Assembly: GCA_048940605.1 (NCBI GenBank)
Contig: JBHLOJ010000001.1
Location: forward strand, 9,185 to 73,184
Reading direction: 5' to 3'
Origin: Promethearchaeota archaeon
GTDB taxonomy: Archaea; Asgardarchaeota; Lokiarchaeia; Sigyniarchaeales; SOKP01
DNA length: 64,000 nucleotides
Shown: positions 58,196-64,000 of the stretch, piece after piece
Layout: each line of letters begins with the position of its first letter
How positions within the stretch are numbered: the stretch's first letter is position 1
Program-made: the position numbers and the translations under genes
The notes under the pieces: generated by a model
Told to the model about the DNA's origin: nothing
The model's database searches: none
The model's input: the letters and a program-made list of their open reading frames with translations, nothing else

Positions 58196-60370
58196 ATGAA
58201 AAAACCTTCAAAAAAGAAGATAATAACAATTCTTGTAAATATTATTCTTGGTTTCTCGATATTTATCAATGTCAGTTCTTATTACTGCCAGAATTTTAAT
58301 AATGGATATGTAAAAGAAGATAATGAAAACTCACTGAAACAGGCAGGATTCTGGGAAATTGAACCGTTTGAAATTTATGATGATGATCCTACAAGAAATT
58401 GGTTAATTACAAAAGCTACCTATGATTGGTGTTCTGGTTCTGGAACTCTAAATGATCCCTATGTAATCGAAAATGTGACGATTGACGGTTCTGGTTCTGG
58501 TATGAATCATTGTATTCGGATTCAAAATTCCATTGCTTATTTCATCATTAATAATTGTACTTTGTATAATGGTTTTGATTACGGAATCGTTTTATCTTCT
58601 GTTAGCAATGGATTATTAAAAGAAAATAATTGTTCTAATAATGGGCGTTCTGGAATTTTACTTGAATTTTCTGATAATAACACTATCTTGAATAATACTG
58701 CAAATAATCATCGATCTTTAACACTTGATCATACCGGAATACGTGTGGAAAGTGGGAGTGATAATAATACAATAAAAGGAAATATCGTTAACAATAATGA
58801 TTTTGGAATCTATTTAAGAAGCGACTATGATTCTGGGATAAAGGATAATATAATTCAAAACAATTGTGTTAATGGTAATCGAAGAGATGGTATTCGCATT
58901 TACTCAAGTGGTGAGGATGATAGTTGTACAAATAATGTGCTTCTCAATAATGTTATTAATAATAATGGGTATACAGCGATCCACCTTACAAGTAATGGAA
59001 TTATTGACGACAATGAGATTAAGAGAAATATCATTAAGAATAATGACGGTGGGATATCCTTGATTCATGCTTCTTCAGCATATGGATCATGTAAAAATAA
59101 CATAATATTAGGAAATTTTATTAATAATTGTACAGAAAACGGAATTAAATTAGGACAATTTACAGAGAATAACAATATTTCAGGTAATAATATTACTGAC
59201 CATGATTTGTATGGTTTATTAATTGAATCTAATTCAAATAGTAATGTTATTTATAATAATACTTTTATCGAAAATACTATAAATGCATTAGACAGTGGTA
59301 TAGGAAACCAATGGGATTTTGGTTCATTGGGAAATTGTTGGGATGATTATCCAGGTGTGGATGCAAATGACGATGGTATTGGAGATACATCATACGATGT
59401 GCCCCCTGCGGGTGGGAGTGTAGATAATTATCCAATATGGGATGATGGGGATGATCTTGCTCCAGAGATAATAATTAATTCCCCTTCTATGAATGATGCC
59501 TTTGGATTAACTGCTCCTGATTTTGAAATAGCTATTAATGATGCATCTCCTATAAATACAACATGGTATACTATTGATGGTGGTATGAATAATTATACAT
59601 TTTATGGATTAACAGGAACGATAAACCAGACCGCATGGGATAATAAAGGGACTGAAGAGCTAATGACATTACGATTTTATGCGAATGACTCTTTAGGACA
59701 TTTAGGGTTTAAAGATGTTTCTATTTGGAAAGATATAGTTGCTCCCCAAATTACCATTAACGCCCCTACGTCAAATCAATTATGCGGAGTTGATGCGCCG
59801 ACTTTTTCCCTTACGATAATTGAGCCAAATATTCTTTCGACACTATATTCCTTTAACGGAAGACCCAATATTACCTCGGATATTCAAGCAGAATGGGAGA
59901 ATATTGGGAATGGTACGGTCTTAATAACTATTTCTGTTTTAGATAAAGCGGGAAATGTGAATTCAAGTGAGGTAACTGTGAGAAAAGATGCATATATACC
60001 AGATGTTATAGTTCACTCCCCAATTTCCGGTGAGACGTTTGGAAAAACCCCTCCGACGTTTAATATTTCTATCATTGAAGAAGATCTCGACTCAATGTGG
60101 TATACTGTAGAACATATCGCAGGAACATTTCCGCTTTCAGAACTAACTGGAACTATAGACCAAGATGCGTGGAGTGATGTTCCTGAAGAAGAAATCACTT
60201 TTATTTTCTATGCCCAAGATCGAGCAGGAAATATTGGAACTGAAACCATAACAGTTATCAAAGCCATTCCAAAATCGACACCAGTGATTCCAAGCTATAA
60301 TCTATTCTTTTTATTGGGAATTCTCTCAGTTGTGTTCGTCATAGTAAGTAAAAAAACAATGAAAAAATGA
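58196..60370 (+). CDS. NosD-like right-handed parallel beta-helix surface protein with Ig-like repeats and C-terminal IPSY + TM + basic tail anchor
   Basis: Start taken at ATG 58196 (MKKPSKKKIITILVNIILGFSIFINV signal/anchor); the track starts at GTG 58115. PbH1-type repeats: NNGRSGILLEFSDNNTILNNTANN, GIRVESGSDNNTIKGNIVNNNDFGIYL, and more. The NosD-like C-terminal motif is GNCWDDYPGVDANDDGIGDTSYDV...DNYPIW. Ig-like repeats begin at DLAPEIIINSP and DIVAPQITINAP. The protein ends VIPSYNLFFLLGILSVVFVIVSKKTMKK. Confidence 0.8.
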   Translation: MKKPSKKKIITILVNIILGFSIFINVSSYYCQNFNNGYVKEDNENSLKQAGFWEIEPFEIYDDDPTRNWLITKATYDWCSGSGTLNDPYVIENVTIDGSGSGMNHCIRIQNSIAYFIINNCTLYNGFDYGIVLSSVSNGLLKENNCSNNGRSGILLEFSDNNTILNNTANNHRSLTLDHTGIRVESGSDNNTIKGNIVNNNDFGIYLRSDYDSGIKDNIIQNNCVNGNRRDGIRIYSSGEDDSCTNNVLLNNVINNNGYTAIHLTSNGIIDDNEIKRNIIKNNDGGISLIHASSAYGSCKNNIILGNFINNCTENGIKLGQFTENNNISGNNITDHDLYGLLIESNSNSNVIYNNTFIENTINALDSGIGNQWDFGSLGNCWDDYPGVDANDDGIGDTSYDVPPAGGSVDNYPIWDDGDDLAPEIIINSPSMNDAFGLTAPDFEIAINDASPINTTWYTIDGGMNNYTFYGLTGTINQTAWDNKGTEELMTLRFYANDSLGHLGFKDVSIWKDIVAPQITINAPTSNQLCGVDAPTFSLTIIEPNILSTLYSFNGRPNITSDIQAEWENIGNGTVLITISVLDKAGNVNSSEVTVRKDAYIPDVIVHSPISGETFGKTPPTFNISIIEEDLDSMWYTVEHIAGTFPLSELTGTIDQDAWSDVPEEEITFIFYAQDRAGNIGTETITVIKAIPKSTPVIPSYNLFFLLGILSVVFVIVSKKTMKK

Positions 60371-60395
60371 AAAGTTAAAGTGCTAATAAATCTAA

Positions 60396-60416
60396 TTTTT
60401 TTATTTTTTTTTCTTT
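60396..60416 (+). terminator. Oligo-T terminator after the NosD-like gene
   Basis: T7-A-T9-C-T3 starts 26 nt after the TGA. Confidence 0.4.
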
Positions 60417-60481
60417 AGGCATATTCCCTTCGTTCTCTTGATTTTTAAAAACTTCTTAAAATTATTGTAAAAGGGGAAAGC

Positions 60482-60502
60482 TGGATTTGACCTTGAAATA
60501 AG
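60482..60502 (+). repeat. Copy 2 of the perfect 21-nt direct repeat, directly abutting a copy of the NTase gene 3' end
   Basis: TGGATTTGACCTTGAAATAAG. GTAAAAGGGGAAAGC (60467-60481) immediately precedes it and is identical to 56849-56863, inside the last codons of the NTase gene. Confidence 0.8.
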
Positions 60503-60546
60503 AGTACTCATCGTTAGTAAAACATTAAGGAATCATAAGATTTAAG

Positions 60547-60858
60547 TCAAAGACTTGAAAGCATGAGAAACATTATTCCAGCAATTACCAAAATGATTAC
60601 TACCAGAATGAATACCCAATAATAAGACACTTTTGCTAACTTCTCTACATAGGAGGTTGGTCTTGTTGGGCTTGTCGCTCTTAACTGTATTCCACAGTGG
60701 ATACATACGACTTGATCCCTATGAATAGGATTCCTACAATTAGGGCACGTATACCCAGTAGGTCTTACCGCTATTATCTTTTGCCCACAGTGAGGACACG
60801 ATTTCCAGCTAGGATCCAATTGAGCCCCACATTTAGAACAGTATGCTATATTAGTCAC
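60547..60858 (-). CDS. Double zinc-ribbon protein with C-terminal TM anchor
   Basis: CSKCGAQLDPSWKSCPHCG and CPNCRNPIHRDQVVCIHCG, then YYWVFILVVIILVIAGIMFLML. Confidence 0.7.
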   Translation of the reverse strand: MTNIAYCSKCGAQLDPSWKSCPHCGQKIIAVRPTGYTCPNCRNPIHRDQVVCIHCGIQLRATSPTRPTSYVEKLAKVSYYWVFILVVIILVIAGIMFLMLSSL

Positions 60859-61227
60859 CCCAAGAAAATTGTTGATTGTTAAGGTATATGTACGTCAAAT
60901 ACTATTTAAATTTGGGTGTCTTGATCGACGATTTTTTATTTAAATATAATGGACCGAATATAATAGCATGGCTCCTACCACTCACCATGTATAGTGTTGG
61001 ATCTCTGATTCATATTATCACCTCCGGGTAGGAGTCATCTTAAACCTGTATTATAGTGAACTCTCTCATCATAGTTTCAAAGTCCCTTTAAAATGAAATT
61101 GACAAAAAATTATATAAATTAAAAAAAGATATAGGTTCATAATAAAGATGAAAGCTTTGGTGATAATACCTATATCAAGGTTATATCATTAAGAAATAAG
61201 CTCCCAATAAATAGATGATTCCTTACT

Positions 61228-61914
61228 ATGGCTGAAGAAGCAAAAATGAAAAATACAATTCTCATAGTGAACTACGAACCGGATATCGTTAATCTTACAG
61301 AGAAATTTTTAAGATTGGGGCAATTTGATACGATAACCAGCAATAATGTAAAAGAAGCTATGAAGATGGTTGAAGAAAATTATGATAAAATCGCGCTAAT
61401 ACTCTCGGATATTATGTTACCTGGTGAATCTGGGTATGATCTCTTGAAGGAGATCAAAAAAAACGAAAGATATAAAGACATACTCGTTGTATTTTATACT
61501 ATTAAAAGGTTTAATGAGGACATACAAAAAGCAAAAAATCTAGGTGTGGATGATTATATCGTTAGACCTATTTCCGTTAAAGAGCTTTTAGAGAGAATTA
61601 AAGTAGCTTTAGGAAAAGAAACACAAATTACATCCAATGGTATAAACATTCCAAAAATTCCAAAAATTTCTTTCGAGTTGGTGAGTGAGGCAATTACCCA
61701 AATTAAATCTAAAATGAAAGAAGAATCTGTGGATGAATTAACTATTTCTAAAGAAACTATTTCAGATATGTTTAATCACAAGTTATTAATAGGATCTAAA
61801 ATTGATGGATACTCATCATTTAAACCAGAAGTATTAGCTTGCTTCGAGTTTATGGAAATTTTTACAATAGTAAAAGATTATTTTATAAAGTTCCTTAAAA
61901 TTAGTCAGGAATAA
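61228..61914 (+). CDS. Response-regulator receiver (CheY-like) domain protein with degenerate active-site residues and an uncharacterised C-terminal domain
   Basis: ILIVNYEPDIV...ALILSDIMLPGESGYDLLKEIK...ILVVFYTIKR...GVDDYIVRPISVKELLERI. The phospho-acceptor Asp and the Thr are present. The acidic pair is N-Y instead of D-D, and the conserved Lys is Arg. Confidence 0.75.
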   Translation: MAEEAKMKNTILIVNYEPDIVNLTEKFLRLGQFDTITSNNVKEAMKMVEENYDKIALILSDIMLPGESGYDLLKEIKKNERYKDILVVFYTIKRFNEDIQKAKNLGVDDYIVRPISVKELLERIKVALGKETQITSNGINIPKIPKISFELVSEAITQIKSKMKEESVDELTISKETISDMFNHKLLIGSKIDGYSSFKPEVLACFEFMEIFTIVKDYFIKFLKISQE

Positions 61915-61918
61915 CTAC

Positions 61919-62509
61919 ATGAAGGTTAACCTATTAATGATAGATTCTGATGAGATGAAAAGAAAGAGATCATTTTTAATGAATTTGAAAATGATTAAGA
62001 AAGTTTGGGAACATAAAATTTATAATTATCAAGATGAGGTTAAAGCTCTTTCTTACGATATTACCATGAATCAAGACTTCTTTAATGAGGAAACATTCCT
62101 TAAAATGATACGAAAATTAGAATCTCAACTCCTCTTTTATAGGAACAAGCTTAATCAAGAAGAAAAGACACCTGGAATTTTTGAAAGATCCAGAAATAAT
62201 CTATTAAAACTCTATGGATACAATCCCGCTGACTGGGAACGTTTAAAATACTCAGGGTTATTTATGATTGAGGCTCCATCTCTTTCTAAAGAGGAATGTG
62301 AAAAAAAAGTCGCTGATCTGGAAATAGGAATTGAAAAATCGTTTGAGAAACGAGAACGATTGAGAGCTGAAGAGTTAAAGTTAGAAAAGTTGAAGAGAAG
62401 GTATAACAAACTAATAAACAAAATTAGAAAATTAGATGACTTTTTAGATGAGGAATATAAGAAACTCCGTCAAGAAAGGAATGAAAATTTGATTTCTCTA
62501 TTCAAATAA
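61919..62509 (+). CDS. Hypothetical K/E-rich coiled-coil protein
   Basis: ORF track entry, starting 5 nt after the receiver gene stop. Heptad-like K/E/L-rich C-terminus. Confidence 0.55.
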   Translation: MKVNLLMIDSDEMKRKRSFLMNLKMIKKVWEHKIYNYQDEVKALSYDITMNQDFFNEETFLKMIRKLESQLLFYRNKLNQEEKTPGIFERSRNNLLKLYGYNPADWERLKYSGLFMIEAPSLSKEECEKKVADLEIGIEKSFEKRERLRAEELKLEKLKRRYNKLINKIRKLDDFLDEEYKKLRQERNENLISLFK

Positions 62510-62611
62510 AACCAATAAATTATATTATTAATGGATAAAAGAAGTGAAGAAAACACAAGACACCCCGAATGAAAAGTTTACTCTTTTCATTAATAAAAAG
62601 ATGGGAAGTGA

Positions 62612-63241
62612 GTGAAATTGGATGAGAAAATCAAGAACTTATTAAAATCTATGATAGAACTTGGAAATAAATTAAGAAATGAATCCTTAAAGAAGAAAGA
62701 GAGATTAAAACTCGAAAGAGAATGGAAAATATATCATCAAGAGATAGAGAAGTATTTGGGGACACTTATAGATAAAATAATAAATTCACAACCAAAAATT
62801 GGAGAAGAAGAGGAAAAGAAACTCGAAAAGGAATGGAAAACTGTATTTAAAATATCATGGGATTCGAATCCTAATATAGACCATAGTTGGAATCCTTTAA
62901 AAATACAACGTATCATTGAAAGTGTCCGTGAGAAAGCTCTTGAAAAAAGATTGGATAAAAACGATCTAAAGAAAGAAAGTTCCATACCAAAAAAGAAAAG
63001 AAAAAGGATATGGTTTTTAGATTTTAGATGGACTATTCTAATAAAAGAATTAGCAAGGGAGAATTTTGATCCAAAGGTAGTAAGACCTGTACTATTGGCA
63101 TTGAAAGATTATGATGAGGGGAAAATTGATATGGAAAAAGTAAGAGAACTTTTTCAAGAGGCTTCACATCCCCCCTTTGACAAGAAGAAGTTTTTAGACA
63201 AATACCCTATATTAAAACCCCGTTACCCTAGTAACAATTAA
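62612..63241 (+). CDS. Hypothetical K/E-rich protein
   Basis: ORF track entry (GTG start). No motif recognised. Confidence 0.55.
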   Translation: MKLDEKIKNLLKSMIELGNKLRNESLKKKERLKLEREWKIYHQEIEKYLGTLIDKIINSQPKIGEEEEKKLEKEWKTVFKISWDSNPNIDHSWNPLKIQRIIESVREKALEKRLDKNDLKKESSIPKKKRKRIWFLDFRWTILIKELARENFDPKVVRPVLLALKDYDEGKIDMEKVRELFQEASHPPFDKKKFLDKYPILKPRYPSNN

Positions 63242-63251
63242 AGAGAGTGAT

Positions 63252-63764
63252 TTGAGAGTGAATGATGATTTTAATGAGGATGAAGGGAAGTTAATCGATA
63301 AACATATTGAAAATCTTAATCCAAAAGTTAGACAATATTTAATTAGGAAAGCTTTTGAAGAATATATGCGAATACTTTGGATGGAAAGAGACGGTGATAA
63401 ATGGCATGATTGTTCTAAATGTCAATATTTCAATGCTTTAAAAAGTGATAAAAAAGGAACTAAGATATTCATGAAGAAAGGATTTTTCGGTTATTGTTTA
63501 AATTCTAATCATACTAACGTAAAAAGTAAAAAAGGGGGTCCTCTTAATCATCTTATTTATAAAGATCATACTGGTATTGAATTTCCTCACGTGATTATTG
63601 AAAATTGCTCTACACCTAAATCTCAAAAAAAAGAAAATTTCTTGGCTTTAATGTTAAAACAAGAAGAGGATGCTATAACGAAATTATTAATGGAAACTTC
63701 CTTAAAAGAGGAAGAAAGAAACTACTTCGAGGACTTAAAGAAAAAATATCAAGAACAACTATAA
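63252..63764 (+). CDS. Hypothetical protein with a possible Cys/His metal-binding cluster
   Basis: ORF track entry (TTG start; alternatives GTG 63258 and ATG 63264). Contains HDCSKCQYF...FGYCLNSNH. Confidence 0.55.
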   Translation: MRVNDDFNEDEGKLIDKHIENLNPKVRQYLIRKAFEEYMRILWMERDGDKWHDCSKCQYFNALKSDKKGTKIFMKKGFFGYCLNSNHTNVKSKKGGPLNHLIYKDHTGIEFPHVIIENCSTPKSQKKENFLALMLKQEEDAITKLLMETSLKEEERNYFEDLKKKYQEQL

Positions 63765-63852
63765 TTACCACTTGAGGTCTCCTTATTTTATAAAATAATT
63801 TGATATTTATCATTATTTTCAAAGTCTCTTGGAGTTAAAATAAGAAAAAAGA

Positions 63853-64000
63853 GATGTTACTACCAATGACTAGTACCGAACAAGAACAAAAACGAAAAGA
63901 TTTTCTCAAGGAAGTGGTAGATGAGATTCGCAACGTGCCCCTCCATGATGACTTTTACCTCCAAGCATTCTATACGATCGCGAAGTTCGGGCTACAACTC
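63853..64000 (+). CDS. 5' part of a CDS running off the window
   Basis: The frame from ATG 63853 stays open to the window end. Translation: MLLPMTSTEQEQKRKDFLKEVVDEIRNVPLHDDFYLQAFYTIAKFGLQL. Confidence 0.4.

Noticed and set aside
33779-62985. Nested or antisense short ORFs inside longer genes: 33779, 34487, 36177, 36449, 36689, 39180, 39460, 40372, 41225, 42611, 43064, 43633, 45035, 45636, 46042, 46295, 46410, 46888, 48698, 48921, 50364, 54132, 54759, 55103, 57242, 58866, 60013, 60697, 62212, 62737
   Set aside because: Each lies wholly inside, or antisense to, a much longer ORF with recognisable protein features. None has a motif of its own.
1-64000. Alternative genetic code (TGA as sense) as an explanation for the ORF desert and the in-frame TGA at 33193
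   Set aside because: The desert is explained by one standard-code ORF. TGA acts as a genuine stop at 47418-47420, followed by GAGGTGA and the next ATG. It also stops the AEP gene at 48043-45 and the NosD-like gene. Long ORFs of 1214 aa and >10,714 aa are intact under the standard code.
1-64000. CRISPR arrays, tRNA, rRNA
   Set aside because: I saw no regularly spaced 25-40-nt direct repeats and no GC-rich cloverleaf-capable 70-90-nt segment by eye. This was visual inspection only; tRNAscan-SE, Infernal and a CRISPR finder should confirm it.

Overview
Visibly AT-rich prokaryotic window. It is most likely archaeal: T-tract terminators, TATA-like promoter boxes, GGTGA/GAGG-type ribosome-binding sites, an archaeo-eukaryotic-type primase, and sequon-rich surface proteins with C-terminal anchors. 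This assignment is an inference. I could run no searches; every call rests on reading the sequence and on remembered family motifs. (1) Positions 1-32142 on the minus strand form one uninterrupted reading frame that the supplied ORF track does not list, because it runs off the window edge. It encodes more than 10,714 residues: a ~460-aa cytoplasmic N-terminus, 6-7 TM helices, a LamG domain, many Ig-like repeats, a second LamG-like module, and a late glycine-zipper hydrophobic hairpin. An 8-nt-overlapping 92-aa ORF precedes it, and a wHTH regulator gene diverges from it. (2) 33-35 kb holds a secreted, C-terminally anchored protein whose natural ATG and signal peptide are separated by an in-frame TGA. 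(3) 35-52 kb looks like accessory or mobile DNA. It contains a hidden sub-threshold AbrB-like gene with upstream repeats, a NERD gene plus a 1214-aa orphan bracketed by a NERD gene remnant, and a ParB-like protein. It also holds a tandem pair of secreted LamG-like/caspase-like (clan CD) proteins, one with an intact His/Cys dyad and one with the dyad replaced. A minus-strand operon encodes an AEP primase-polymerase-like protein, two unknowns and an RHH protein. No integrase, tRNA, rRNA or CRISPR array was seen. (4) 52-64 kb holds a coiled-coil/Zn-ribbon protein, an RHH-like protein, and a membrane-anchored protein with a short collagen G-X-Y run and a bipartite C-terminal domain resembling collagen IV NC1/spongin C4. 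It continues with a NYN protein, a nucleotidyltransferase, a NosD-like beta-helix surface protein flanked by a perfect 21-nt direct repeat, a Zn-ribbon membrane protein, an atypical receiver-domain protein and several K/E-rich unknowns.
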